Virus record (IMG/VR): IMGVR_UViG_3300035670_011119
Span: 1-64,000 of that record
Length of the DNA stretch: 64,000 bases
Strand: one strand, 5' to 3'
Source of the DNA: a virus
Under the pieces are notes generated by a model. The model did not search any database. It was not told the origin of the DNA and saw only the letters and a list, made by a program, of their open reading frames with translations. Positions within the stretch are counted from its first letter, which is position 1; the number at the start of each line of letters is the position of its first letter. A program made the translations under genes and the position numbers. This document shows, one piece after another, positions 21,901-31,565 of the stretch.

Positions 21901-22702
21901 ATATCCTGTACCAAATGCTTCCGGAGAGATACAAACCATTAATGGTAGAGCGGTTAGAGCAACAGGACAGACAAATCAAAACTATGTGGTTCCTGTTTAT
22001 AAAAATCAAATTTTTGTTAGAACAGACGAAGAGTCTGGTAATGAAAATAATCCTAATAATGTTTTAAATACTAATAATAAAGTTATTGTTAATAATCCCA
22101 CCGGAGAAGGATATGGATATTATACTGATCCGTATAGAGAAAGGACATTTGCTAAAGGATGGGCTCAAATGCCATCAACATGGCCTGTTGGTCCCATAGA
22201 TTTAAGATGGGATAGTTCCGCTAAAGTTTGGACTTTTGCTAGTGAATATAAAAATGTTTATATTTTATTAGAAGAAGATCTTACTACTAAAAATACTGTG
22301 GCCAGAGGAGAAATTATAGACAATGCTCAGGATATTGATAATAAAATACTAGCATTAAATTTTAGAAAAGCTGTGTTTGTTAAAGATAATATGGGAATTT
22401 ATGCTGCTCCAAAATCATCTATTATATATTGTGCTTACGATGAAGATGGTGGTTTTTATGAACCAGTATCTCAAAATTCTTTTGTCTCATCAGGTAATAT
22501 CATTAGTTCTAATACTGCAAATATGTATAAGCTATTTTATAGAAAGCGTCAATCTTTAGGTAATAATTTAGGATTAGCTAATGAACCAAATCAATATATT
22601 ACTAAATTTAGTAATCCATTAGGATTTAGGGCCGATCCTGGAAATATGGGATTATTTGCTTTTACTAAAGATGGATGGATATTACAATCTAATGGGAGAT
22701 AA
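15953..22702 (+). CDS. Large putative baseplate hub / central tail protein (2249 aa)
   Basis: AGGA RBS. Begins like a hub protein (FLGCSV..F.ANLGWGGEASSLTVSLVED, FEFAGIV.SW...YTVEI), contains CRYCFGKG...CPFC, and lies in the tail operon. Confidence 0.55.
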   Translation: MSDNVYNFPVEKRESTIVPPQPSVPLNNGTTQLTSQLPRGTITDEALLYTDQAIYQYGQHGPFNQTLFLGCSVVNFNANLGWGGEASSLTVSLVEDDTPHPNSPTWDQNNNAAVVSNALARTQPFYDLAARSTFRTVPPTTDFLTAAGAAPGIQHIPTTVPDLAINDPNISPDLHRNILLQEEHKKEHNDITNARLSVATPNRADFGKVYYDLQPTGDIIKRYWTGRDPGFVGESYDILGVAVRFIFNDFEFAGIVTSWKNNGGSGGKNLYTVEIKSFATLLKNTQLIIDYYPGTIFSQADSIPGPFTLLDKFGFPCSFIGDRVGPAQGVEALESEYTDDHFQGKIAEGGLPNVFNIYGYLQAVRGWGKSDISENGTLVKDVLLGIENLVNKSEPPSNNIVDKPLIIDARFSPYGRIVGKAPALIKQDGIYKDIPSATIRFLKDKYEIVDPLTHAFKGLKERDIAQAQLQSGSVTVAEQFLQDPQYAENRFNSTGGTMTLSKMGIIPTSNHVDTIHRQYYTLDLSALPSVPDDYTINGPIISVIDLIQNVCDANNFDYFIDFDPQTRNTIKVRTISRQKQPPNNYIAELIKNTENNNILTSYDYGIEFNDEATLRSMYIGAKQKRLLQLNSNFLSRKNNSLLFDPKVGDIFFHTVDDVRNTLRSPDHILYRNPAYSYYNEFNNIPPTLGSGTGCFVSTTLGTTYSYSDSTTAWNWGTNVGRGNYGHEIKYVNNSQDLNIKNSSEDVFKDLARSLFQVTGSEPIIVGSESEENIGNRPILTNYALWDDFICPYFGLDIDGTARKVYFDNTMQQIQVLCSVGDIQNILGFAITQALNLNTVTTKQEDDARLPSDPLVSGTDPSTFTGNDPRRTNREILTNLQQGETVATFHTKWNVRDRSYYDVSSKFLILENEIRAAMAGFESWVYYTFNKNFTTDLGVMLRYTMVSPTGLIVRESTVQENPPISSITNKGEPVVSMVFHGPDPHLIGDNAGDSPNSSASLMNDRVSDMLQKVHSYVKNIGDTYYGKQFMVKIPGLSISRDRPSTSNKQFDAIYRGVTANVEEFRGVGTLYSNYKPATDGAWEEPGNIIDNTILIGSVTGDFFTNEDGRFGAILGYKASYEFLNDTIPDETIYNATKPDNSQSSPPPISQRSVVLDKNNKVTNYTSFSSGNIPEGVRFSKVEDIKNAINSTLSASDQNEQSPSANPPSMAIILAQSSQPATGIDVIPNEWYPSLITSLSNSEFLYYPYNFGDSYPSVSQLADVTFANINHMQKTAYGYTVPASNTTLHEHLQYKLYAKASIEDNFIFIRTDEWLYNSSSTNNNPNYREPRAIVTLSSPVECNPVHIASKYVHHCLMLDSTLFKVRAAQVSIPIEVASPSRITGTLVGGLLPYNGGFSKAGDIITNATDHFLDALNAVDKDANKAVTMPIAPKAAMPGFAAVPLESQAAVYGPWINYPWMVRKDIFTHPDISENPNYIKDAIENLIGGLKVQVVEELCPWKYGSVKNLDMEAIARVENDSNYQITQEYGNVSIPGSPIYKLGDFLDRVSERTSGPIINSIRSNIGDGGVSTEYSLRTFTRKFGLFNKENASRAAQVGAERISRRRAIALQAAEVTNRRAAGLRSQNLNDAPTRDYNNPPLPESWRSSSELLVGHNDINVRMPLNLRNSPDQGVLAMSGMLNYDARWGFTPTTTGAYNIIDYPKIFSNTQILDNREALNQLESSYENTSFMSLDGLLSPISFYPTENFRTYHISKYPRKSCRYCFGKGKLKYNFGMAGLYNTITGLNAGGLSGVTPAQSQASSESSIDCPFCEAEEGKIARLLTGTKRGRVTPPFIMTTGLDPSGGVAGSNVHRTLGTVINYSTLNPVVLTYGEFSNFQNRQSDDNTANSIRMVGLSTVPPNKASDSLNQMYASDNRLYKSHLDYDQLYLDKIKELHAIPPNKRSSNINKLIQKLPENITPFSNNARFFGLRGPIMVHGWGYDTEGYPVPNASGEIQTINGRAVRATGQTNQNYVVPVYKNQIFVRTDEESGNENNPNNVLNTNNKVIVNNPTGEGYGYYTDPYRERTFAKGWAQMPSTWPVGPIDLRWDSSAKVWTFASEYKNVYILLEEDLTTKNTVARGEIIDNAQDIDNKILALNFRKAVFVKDNMGIYAAPKSSIIYCAYDEDGGFYEPVSQNSFVSSGNIISSNTANMYKLFYRKRQSLGNNLGLANEPNQYITKFSNPLGFRADPGNMGLFAFTKDGWILQSNGR

Positions 22703-22704
22703 TA

Positions 22705-25700
22705 ATGTCAAATTTAGACTGTAATATATTTCAGGCATCCTTTGTCCAAAAAGCTCCGGAAATTGACAAATGGAATCTACAGTTAGGCTGGCTAAAATCT
22801 TTAATTCCAGCTTTCAATAATAAAACTAGTGGAGTTTGGCAGCCAATCGTAATATCTAGGAGTAATAGTAATTCTATAGAATATGGTAAATTATTAAGTA
22901 ATCCATATAATACTGAAGATCAACGAATGGTTCCGTGCAATTGTAGTACCGGCACCGCCGTTGTAGCAAGGAATGTTCAGCAAAAAATTGCTTTATTCGG
23001 AACCTATTTGGGTAACGAACCAGAAGATGGTATTTTTTGTAATTATTGCGAAAGCATTCGTGTAGAAGATCCAAAATATAATAATTGTATTGTGTATGTT
23101 GATTATATTCCCAGAGAGCCAGGCATAGCTCGTAAAAGACTAACATGGCCAATAGATGAGGAAGCGGCCGAATCCGACGGCGATCCTACGATTTTTCAAC
23201 CTAGTTGTTGTAAAGGAGGCTGTGATACCAGAGCGCTAACAGATGATCTAACTCCAAAAATTCCTTATCTATATACTAATTATCATTATAATTTTAGAGA
23301 TTTTAAGCATCATAAACAATTTCCAGCTATTATTAATCCTGGTCTTGGATATGAAAAATTTGGTACATATAATGGTAAATATGATGATATTACTGTAAAT
23401 AATATGAATTTACATATAGACTGGGTTTTGGAGCCTAGAATAGGAGAAATACAACCACCTCAAAACCATGCGAATACTCATCATGATAACATGTATTCTC
23501 ATAAAAAATCTTATAAAAACTATCTAATGCAGAATAAAACATGTGGTAATTTCATTTTAACAAAAGTTAATACGTCCGATCCTGGCTCAATATCAGAATT
23601 ACAATCACAAAAAATGCCTAAAATTAGTGGTATCCATTTGGGCTCTGGCATTTCCGCTCATCCGTCTATGCCGATAACAAAATTGATACCAGCGGTAGAT
23701 AAATTTACAATACCGTATGGTATCAGAGATTCTACTCACTGGAATATTTTCTTAAAAGAACCATTTGATAAAGAGGGTGGTTTATGGAAATGGAATATTA
23801 GTTCCGGAATTATAGGTTGGTATAGATATTATGACAAAGACCGAACAAATGATACCAGACCTATTCCTCAAATAGATCTATATATTAGTGACGGAGATGT
23901 GTTCTTTGCTACTAATGATGGACCAGAACCACTCGCCATGCCGGGATCGGATAGTAATTGTTCGCCAAAGTCATGTCCATCCGGTTTAAAACTAACTAAT
24001 TATACTAATTTAAGCGCATCTGGTATGACTGTTGTGCCTAGTGGATCAGAGTTTATATATATATCACAAAATTTATATGCTCAAACATATAAATATATGA
24101 ATAAAATTATGAATATATATAAAAAACAATCCTCGTCTTTAATATATAAAGATATATTATATTCTGCTGCTATTTTATCAACAGGCCCTGTGTTTGATGA
24201 TATTACAGTAGATTTATATACTACTGGTAATTATTCTCAAGAAGCAAGAGAAGAATTTGTTAATCTTATAAATACAAGACCTGAAAATACAGGCACAATA
24301 ACACTACAACAAGTTAACTCCTACTATTCCAGTGATCAGCCAAGAGATATCTATGGTAGAAATGCTGATTTGGTAATGAAACTTACTAATAAGCCTATGC
24401 CATCATATAATGATTTAAATATTATACAAACTACAGGCGATCTAGTAAATACCTTAATTCATAAGTATGGAGGATATTTATGGTTAAATAAAGATTCAAC
24501 AGGTAGCGTATCGATTAATAAAAAAGTTTATCCGAATCTTGCAATGGATATTAATTTTGAACCAGTTATCAAACATAGTGATACATTTAATGCTGCTGCA
24601 CCACGTAACAGGCTAGATTGTTCATCCACTATTAGAGGAACTACTAAAGTATTTTCTTATGATCAAAAATTTAATATTAGCAATGCTACGATAAGTAGTC
24701 GTATTTTAGATCAGGGATTAGTTTATAATGCACTATGCGATACTGGGACGGGAAGACCAGTATCCACAATTACTGATGTTGCTAATACCATGAGCGTTTT
24801 TGCTAATGATCAAAGAATACACACCCAAGCTATGTGGGAGTCTCAAACAAGATTTGAAGATATTTATTCCAGATTCCCTTCTGTATCATCTACTTTGGAT
24901 CCAACATTTCAAAATTTACAATTTGCCCAAGATTCGTGGGATGATGCTAATGTATACTTTTTGGCTCCAGATAGGCAATATAGACATAAAAGAACCTACA
25001 ATGCTATCATAGGACATCCGGCCATAGATCTTGTAGCATTTCATAGAGATGGTGGGTTTTACTACGACAGCTCGGCCCTTAATAAATATCCTGGTACTGG
25101 TACTGTTGCTTTTATTAAAAATTTTCGCATAAATAATAGAAAAACATCACCATTTGTGGAATTTAAAACATATGATGTTGGATTAAAATTTTATGATATA
25201 GATATATATAAACTTAGAGATCCAGATAATTTATCTTGTAGCACTATGCCATTAGATCAGTCTTGTAAGTGCTGGGATTTGGATATAGTACAAAGCTATC
25301 CATATAAATGTAATAATAATGGTCCTGTTGTTTTAGAAACACCAGACTTATACACTCCTTACTTATCAACAGCTTCCAATCCTATAAAAGCATATGGAGG
25401 ATTTCCAGCTGAAAAGGTTCAAGATCTTTTGGGAGATTTTAGATTTCCAAATCATCCTGGTATTGGTTCTAATTTAAATTTTACTAATAAAGTTCTTGAT
25501 CCTGTGAATAGTTTTGGTTGTAAATATACTGCTGGTATCACACTATATACTCTTACAAATACCACATGGGAAGTTAGATTGCCCGATTGGGATTTAAATG
25601 ATGCTGATGTATGGGTTTATGCTTCTGATGGAGATATTTTTAGTAATAGAAATGCTACATTATTAATTATTAATGGAATAGAAGTTCATCCTAATACTCA

Positions 25701-28700
25701 GGTTAATCTTGGTAAAATTAGTAGAGACTTAACTATTGTAGCTAGAAATATTTTTCTAGATGCTATTTTTAGAGATAATCATCCTTCTTTATATAGTCCT
25801 AATATTTTTCCATGCTCTCGCGAAAGAGGATCAGTATCCAGTATTTTAGGTCAAGTTAGATTAACTACCGTTATATTTGGTAGAGTTCCATCACAATCTA
25901 AAGTAGTCTTCTCTTTGCCCTCTATATCTAAAATGACCAGTATAAGTGCCGCTAAGTTTGATCCAAATAGTGGAATCATAGGAGGTGAACAAGGATCTAC
26001 TCTGGAACTTAAAAATAATGGAATGTTTACTTTTGGATATGACGATAGGACATTTAATGGATCTGTTGACTATAATACTTCCCATAAAACTTATTCCGGA
26101 GTAATATCTTTAAATGAAGCATTTAGACTACAAACATTATTAGAATTATTAGATAATACTAAAAAATTAAGATTATATGTTAAATTAAATAATAGTTGGT
26201 ATGAATATCAAGATCATAGAACATTTGGTTATTATAACAAAAATATTGATGAACAGTATATAGGCTGGCCATCTATATTTTCCGAAAATCATCTGACAAA
26301 TGTTGAGCAGTCTATTGGTCCTTTTATACCAGCAATTCCAAAAGTTCCTCTGGAAATGGTATATGTGTTTAACGATCTTGGTGCTCAGTCAGCAAGTATA
26401 CCTAAAGATTACTATCCATATTTATCGTTTGCTTTTTTTAGAAATACACAAGATAAGAAAACTATCTATATACCAGGATCAAGAGCCTATTTTGCATTAC
26501 TAGATAATGATAGTAAAGATACTATAAATAATGAAGATTTTATAGACTATACACACGAATCTTATTCTAGTTATATTGCACATTCGTTAAAAGTTTCTAT
26601 ACCAATAGAGATTAAACAAGATAATAATTCTCCCTTACAACCCAATAATATTATAGAAAAAAGTATAGTTGTTAATCCTAAACTATTTGTTAGTGGACAA
26701 ATTAATCTTCCATTAATAAATAATGTATATAATAATATTTATACAAAGTTAAAATTGTCTACTGATTTACCGGGTAGTGTCATCAATGGCTCTTTTTCTG
26801 TCACTGGGGTTAATAGTGATCAACAATTATATAGTTTGACTTCTTTTGCATCTGTTCCTGTTATAAATGCGCAAGATACCAATATTATTAGTTTATTCGG
26901 TAATACTGGCTCTATAGATATTAGCGCATTGTCTAAGTTTTCTTCTTTGTGGTCAGATAAGTATTATTTATCAAATATAGATATACTAAATAGTCCATTT
27001 ATAAGTAATGCTATTAATCAAGCATATGCTCCATATATATATGATAATCTTTTATCTCATTTAATAGCAAATAATTTGGTAAAATCACAATATAGAATTA
27101 GTAACAGTGGAACGAGCGTACCATCTGGCACAATGATGTGGCGCGTTCAAGCTCAAGGAAACAACAGTCCTTCACCAGCTGCAACAAAAATAATTTCGAC
27201 TACTGGAACCGGACTATCCTACTATATTCATAGACCATTTAGTCTTAATGATAATTTTAATTTTGATCACATAGCTAGAGTTAATGATAAATATGATGGT
27301 TCGGCATCAAAATATAATCTATATAAAAATCAAAATGGACTTATAGATATAAATTTAGTTTCGCCATTAGTTAGTAACGAGGAAGAAGAAGAAGAACCAG
27401 ATACTTTTATCGATGCTTTAACACTATATAATAGTACAAGTAATATTAGATACCCTTTTGGTATTTTACAAATTAGCGGTCTTCATAAGCCAACATATTT
27501 TACTCCTCCAACAGGAGTCGTTTTTGATAAAGTTCCTTTCTTTTTGGATTTGAATCCTAAGTTTTTCTTAAAGCCAGTACCGGTACCAGCTGATGATAAT
27601 ATTTCTATTTATAGTAATAATTTTGCAATAAATGATCCTTATGATGTTTATGCTGGAATCAGAATAGAGTCCAGCATAGATCCTAATGCGGATATATCAG
27701 AATGTACAAATATTATTACTCCAAATATTGGAGTGCCGCCAATATTAGATGGTGGTGGTCCTTTTGATTGGTCAAAATTTAGTAGAGCTATAACTTATGG
27801 TAATCCTTATACAACTTATGATATTATTTGCGATATTGATAAAGGAGAACCTTGTTACAAACCTCCGCTTGGCAGCGCGGGATTGAAAACCACATCAATA
27901 GGTAAATTTAATATCATTTCTAAATACTATAATTATAGCTATAAATATAAAAATATAAGCGAATTACCAAATGAAAATATAGAAATAGCATTTGGAATCG
28001 ATGCTGGAATATATACTAGTATAGGATCTAATAAAAGCATACCTCAGGTTGTAAGAGCCAAGTTTGAAACCTATTCGCCATTATTTCCTGATATTAATTT
28101 ATTGGGGAATACTTCTTGTATTGCTGGTCAGTCGTTTGTTCCGTTAGAAAGAAATTTACGATCTTGGGACAGTACGTTTCAATCTGAAATATCAAGTCAT
28201 TTAATTGATAATCTTACTATAGATACTTGGGCAAATGAACTAATATTTAGAACACTATATGGATCAAAAGAAGATGTTGGATTTAATGATATTTCTAAAA
28301 AATCATCTCAGAATCTTATTAGTAGAACTAGTATTTTAGATAATCTTATAAATAATGCTGATAGTAGTTTACAATATTTATATGATAGTATTCCTATGGA
28401 TTATGATACTGCATCTACAGCAGAAAATATTACAATCAATGGAGCTATTAGTATTTATGGTAAGGGTACTGTTGGAGATAACATCCAGTTCTATTATAAT
28501 GATGAATTATTTAATATAAGAATAACAGAAGATGACCAGGCCGTATATGCAGAATGTAGAGAGTTGGAAGCTAAGGGGATGCTATTTGAAAAATTTAGTA
28601 GAAGCGTTTCATATTTTCTAAGAGAGGCTGGCTCTAATGCTAGCAGTATTATAGGAGACGGAACTTCTGAAAATGTTGTGGGAACCTGTAGAAGTGCGGG

Positions 28701-30756
28701 AAGTACTAGCGTTGGTGTTCAGTGTGCTTGTGGAGGAGAAAATACTTTTACTCAGCTTCTTGGACCAACATGTAATCCTGGTGCTTTATTTGTGGAGTGT
28801 CCTATAAACTGTTTAGATGTTTCTAATGATTTTTATCCACCTCCAATAGCTGGTGGATTGCCATCTTTTTCTACAGAGCCGTGTACGGCATTTCCTATTA
28901 AAGATAAAAATTCTAATGAACATAGCGGACCAGTAGATAATGGATGGACAAGATATGGTATTAGTAATGGTTTTAATAATCCTGTCGGTGGAGAAAGTGT
29001 AGGGCTTGAGTGTGGCGCATGGGATGCTAGTTTTGGTAGAGGAACTTCCTGTTGCGGAGATGCTGATACTGGACGAGCAGTTATTAGTTATAGTATAACA
29101 AATTGTCATTATACATTCACTATGATAGGCCGAGTATTAAATGGCATAATAGGAGGTGCGACTCTTAATTTTACAAATTCTCCGGTTGGAGGATGTTATA
29201 TTCCACAATATGATAATGTAGTAATACCGTTTAATCCTGGGATTAGTGCTCCAGCACTATGCGATTGTAATCGTCCGGATTCGGAGCCATGCTCTCTTGG
29301 AATGAGACAAGTTGATTGCGAAGCATACTCTACACAATGTGCTATTGTAGGGCCAGAAAACCCAGATCTTTATGCAGCATGTGCATTTGCTGCATATGAT
29401 CCATGCTGCAAACAATGGTGCGGCGGGGCTACTTTTCCACAAAGACAATGTTTGTGTCTCTATCAAAATGAAGAAAAACAAACAGAATATTTTACATTTA
29501 CAACCACAAGCAATCCCGGAGTTACATACGAAGTTGTAGAAACAACTAATACTGGACCTTCTGATAGCGGATACACTGCTGATTGTAATAAAATGATAGC
29601 TACTATTGTTTATGATAATGAAATACTAAGAATTAATGTTGGTGCTAAAATTGTTAGAAATAATGTCATTTTAACTAATGGTGGTAACTGTGGAGCGAGA
29701 CCCATCTCTTCTTGCCCTAAAATTAAGATAGTTTTGCCAGATGATACATATGGAGCATATCAAAACACAGATTCGTCGTGTGAAAAATGTTCTAAAAAAA
29801 GAAATATTATTGAAATTACAGAATCTCCTTCTTTTGAAACAACAACAGAAACTAAATATTGCATATTAGGTATATTTTCTTGGGTATCTCCAGTACAAAA
29901 TGATATCACTTCTGGATTTTCTTGTGGAGAATTCGGATTGGCAAGTATTTGGGTATCTACTAGTGAATTTACTCCAGAATTTATGGCCAGGTCTAGCCAA
30001 CCACACTATATAAGTAGTAGAATAAGAGAATGTGGTAAGCCCTTAGATAATTATCAGCTAGGAGGAACGTCTTATTCTGCATGGAGTTATTTTTTACCAT
30101 CAGCAGCTGTTGCTAGAAACTCTTTAGAAACTCCGGAAGGATCGGCTTGTGCAATAAATCCAGCATTATCTGATGTTAAGCTGGTGAGTGTGGATCCGGT
30201 TATGAGTAATGGTGAGTCAGCATCTGCTGCTATAGAAGCATGGAAAGCTAATATGGCAGAAGCATTCGCAACACAACATTTCTGTTTTAATAGCGATAAC
30301 TTTAATGAAGATGATTTAATAGAAGGACCAATTCCTGGTTCTTGCTCTCTTAATTTTGCTGGAGGTAGTTGGCCAGCATATGCTGTGAGAACTAGCAGAA
30401 CCTATAAACAGGAAGGTAATAATAATGCATCCTGGGAATATGATTCCGAGGCTAGACAAACTAGTGCAAATTTTCAGGTAGCTTATGTTTCATATTCATA
30501 TAAAAGGCCAGTTAGTGTACAAGATAAATTTATAGAAGTATATTCTCCAGAGATTACTGTTGGAGAGTGCAATACTTTTTTTGGAGCTACTCCAAAAAAT
30601 GCGTTATGTGCATCAACAGCATATAATATTAAAGAAATATTTAAGAGCACAGAAACTATTGATAGTAATTGCCCAACCGATCCTCAGTGCTATGATAGTA
30701 CTAGAGGATGCGCTCCAAGGAACTATTGTTGTGGGACACCATACGCAAGAGGTTAG
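22705..30756 (+). CDS. Very large virion-associated protein with Cys-rich N- and C-terminal regions (2683 aa)
   Basis: Uninterrupted ORF starting 2 nt after the previous stop. Dense Cys clusters (CNC, CNYC, CCKGGC; C-terminal CAC, CC, CDC, CLC, YCCG) and a poly-Glu linker at 27379-27396. Confidence 0.5.
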   Translation: MSNLDCNIFQASFVQKAPEIDKWNLQLGWLKSLIPAFNNKTSGVWQPIVISRSNSNSIEYGKLLSNPYNTEDQRMVPCNCSTGTAVVARNVQQKIALFGTYLGNEPEDGIFCNYCESIRVEDPKYNNCIVYVDYIPREPGIARKRLTWPIDEEAAESDGDPTIFQPSCCKGGCDTRALTDDLTPKIPYLYTNYHYNFRDFKHHKQFPAIINPGLGYEKFGTYNGKYDDITVNNMNLHIDWVLEPRIGEIQPPQNHANTHHDNMYSHKKSYKNYLMQNKTCGNFILTKVNTSDPGSISELQSQKMPKISGIHLGSGISAHPSMPITKLIPAVDKFTIPYGIRDSTHWNIFLKEPFDKEGGLWKWNISSGIIGWYRYYDKDRTNDTRPIPQIDLYISDGDVFFATNDGPEPLAMPGSDSNCSPKSCPSGLKLTNYTNLSASGMTVVPSGSEFIYISQNLYAQTYKYMNKIMNIYKKQSSSLIYKDILYSAAILSTGPVFDDITVDLYTTGNYSQEAREEFVNLINTRPENTGTITLQQVNSYYSSDQPRDIYGRNADLVMKLTNKPMPSYNDLNIIQTTGDLVNTLIHKYGGYLWLNKDSTGSVSINKKVYPNLAMDINFEPVIKHSDTFNAAAPRNRLDCSSTIRGTTKVFSYDQKFNISNATISSRILDQGLVYNALCDTGTGRPVSTITDVANTMSVFANDQRIHTQAMWESQTRFEDIYSRFPSVSSTLDPTFQNLQFAQDSWDDANVYFLAPDRQYRHKRTYNAIIGHPAIDLVAFHRDGGFYYDSSALNKYPGTGTVAFIKNFRINNRKTSPFVEFKTYDVGLKFYDIDIYKLRDPDNLSCSTMPLDQSCKCWDLDIVQSYPYKCNNNGPVVLETPDLYTPYLSTASNPIKAYGGFPAEKVQDLLGDFRFPNHPGIGSNLNFTNKVLDPVNSFGCKYTAGITLYTLTNTTWEVRLPDWDLNDADVWVYASDGDIFSNRNATLLIINGIEVHPNTQVNLGKISRDLTIVARNIFLDAIFRDNHPSLYSPNIFPCSRERGSVSSILGQVRLTTVIFGRVPSQSKVVFSLPSISKMTSISAAKFDPNSGIIGGEQGSTLELKNNGMFTFGYDDRTFNGSVDYNTSHKTYSGVISLNEAFRLQTLLELLDNTKKLRLYVKLNNSWYEYQDHRTFGYYNKNIDEQYIGWPSIFSENHLTNVEQSIGPFIPAIPKVPLEMVYVFNDLGAQSASIPKDYYPYLSFAFFRNTQDKKTIYIPGSRAYFALLDNDSKDTINNEDFIDYTHESYSSYIAHSLKVSIPIEIKQDNNSPLQPNNIIEKSIVVNPKLFVSGQINLPLINNVYNNIYTKLKLSTDLPGSVINGSFSVTGVNSDQQLYSLTSFASVPVINAQDTNIISLFGNTGSIDISALSKFSSLWSDKYYLSNIDILNSPFISNAINQAYAPYIYDNLLSHLIANNLVKSQYRISNSGTSVPSGTMMWRVQAQGNNSPSPAATKIISTTGTGLSYYIHRPFSLNDNFNFDHIARVNDKYDGSASKYNLYKNQNGLIDINLVSPLVSNEEEEEEPDTFIDALTLYNSTSNIRYPFGILQISGLHKPTYFTPPTGVVFDKVPFFLDLNPKFFLKPVPVPADDNISIYSNNFAINDPYDVYAGIRIESSIDPNADISECTNIITPNIGVPPILDGGGPFDWSKFSRAITYGNPYTTYDIICDIDKGEPCYKPPLGSAGLKTTSIGKFNIISKYYNYSYKYKNISELPNENIEIAFGIDAGIYTSIGSNKSIPQVVRAKFETYSPLFPDINLLGNTSCIAGQSFVPLERNLRSWDSTFQSEISSHLIDNLTIDTWANELIFRTLYGSKEDVGFNDISKKSSQNLISRTSILDNLINNADSSLQYLYDSIPMDYDTASTAENITINGAISIYGKGTVGDNIQFYYNDELFNIRITEDDQAVYAECRELEAKGMLFEKFSRSVSYFLREAGSNASSIIGDGTSENVVGTCRSAGSTSVGVQCACGGENTFTQLLGPTCNPGALFVECPINCLDVSNDFYPPPIAGGLPSFSTEPCTAFPIKDKNSNEHSGPVDNGWTRYGISNGFNNPVGGESVGLECGAWDASFGRGTSCCGDADTGRAVISYSITNCHYTFTMIGRVLNGIIGGATLNFTNSPVGGCYIPQYDNVVIPFNPGISAPALCDCNRPDSEPCSLGMRQVDCEAYSTQCAIVGPENPDLYAACAFAAYDPCCKQWCGGATFPQRQCLCLYQNEEKQTEYFTFTTTSNPGVTYEVVETTNTGPSDSGYTADCNKMIATIVYDNEILRINVGAKIVRNNVILTNGGNCGARPISSCPKIKIVLPDDTYGAYQNTDSSCEKCSKKRNIIEITESPSFETTTETKYCILGIFSWVSPVQNDITSGFSCGEFGLASIWVSTSEFTPEFMARSSQPHYISSRIRECGKPLDNYQLGGTSYSAWSYFLPSAAVARNSLETPEGSACAINPALSDVKLVSVDPVMSNGESASAAIEAWKANMAEAFATQHFCFNSDNFNEDDLIEGPIPGSCSLNFAGGSWPAYAVRTSRTYKQEGNNNASWEYDSEARQTSANFQVAYVSYSYKRPVSVQDKFIEVYSPEITVGECNTFFGATPKNALCASTAYNIKEIFKSTETIDSNCPTDPQCYDSTRGCAPRNYCCGTPYARG

Positions 30757-30758
30757 TT

Positions 30759-31226
30759 ATGAACATGTTTTGTGAGTTTCAAGATACTAATTTAACCTAT
30801 AATAATAAAAAAATATATCAATGTAAATATTGTAATATAAAATTAACTCTAGATAATATTGATACTAGAGTTTTATGTTTTAAAAAACAAGAAGCTTTAT
30901 CAGATTTTGTTAATCCGCATCTATCAAAACCAATAGATAATATAGATAGTATTGAAAGTGTTTTAGAAATAGCTAGACAACAAGCTTATGACAAAGCTAA
31001 TATAGACAACTCTATATTTGCTAATTCTGGACAACCACAGCAAGATAATCTGTGTTCAAAAGAACAAATAGAATATAGAATGTCTATATGTAACAGTTGC
31101 GAATACTTTAAAGAAAACTCTTGCTTACTGTGCGGCTGCACAGTAGTAAGAGAAAGAAACTACAACAATAAGTTGGCCCAAAAGAATCAACATTGTCCAA
31201 TTATGAAATGGAAAGAAATTAAATAG
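30759..31226 (+). CDS. Small Cys-rich protein, DUF6171-like C-terminal domain
   Basis: The likely start is the ATG at 30759 after AGAGGT. Motif R..IC..CEYF..NSCLLCGC...KL......CP..KW, plus an N-terminal CKYC. Confidence 0.6.
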   Translation: MNMFCEFQDTNLTYNNKKIYQCKYCNIKLTLDNIDTRVLCFKKQEALSDFVNPHLSKPIDNIDSIESVLEIARQQAYDKANIDNSIFANSGQPQQDNLCSKEQIEYRMSICNSCEYFKENSCLLCGCTVVRERNYNNKLAQKNQHCPIMKWKEIK

Positions 31227-31231
31227 TACTT

Positions 31232-31558
31232 TTACTGTTTATCCTTGCCAGTCCATTTATGCCAACCCTTATTGGGTAGATAAGCATTGTTATCATCTTT
31301 TCGTTTGGGAAATAGTGTGCCGCCCTTTTTATGTTGACCAAAAGATAATATGGCGCCACAGTCACCGCACCTTAGTTCAAAATAGTCATTGTCCTCAACC
31401 GTACGCACAATAAATCGTATATTCTTTTTATTGCACAACTGACAGGATTCTTCTCCAAATATTTCTTGTAGAGTAGCCAATTCTTTAAACATTTCCTTTT
31501 GGCCATTAGCTTCTACTTCAAATTCTAACCTATCATTAACGCGATAATTAGCTTTCAT
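31232..31558 (-). CDS. Hypothetical zinc-ribbon protein
   Basis: CQLC...CGDC pairs, AGGTG RBS; last gene of the - strand arm. Confidence 0.7.
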   Translation of the reverse strand: MKANYRVNDRLEFEVEANGQKEMFKELATLQEIFGEESCQLCNKKNIRFIVRTVEDNDYFELRCGDCGAILSFGQHKKGGTLFPKRKDDNNAYLPNKGWHKWTGKDKQ

Positions 31559-31565
31559 ACTTCAC

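Noticed and set aside
27379-27396. GAA trinucleotide run as a phase-variation tract
   Set aside because: It is an in-frame poly-Glu linker; a change in repeat number would not shift the frame.
536-29481. Short antisense and alternative-frame ORFs inside the large + strand genes
   Set aside because: They are shadows of long AT-biased coding frames, with no recognisable motifs.
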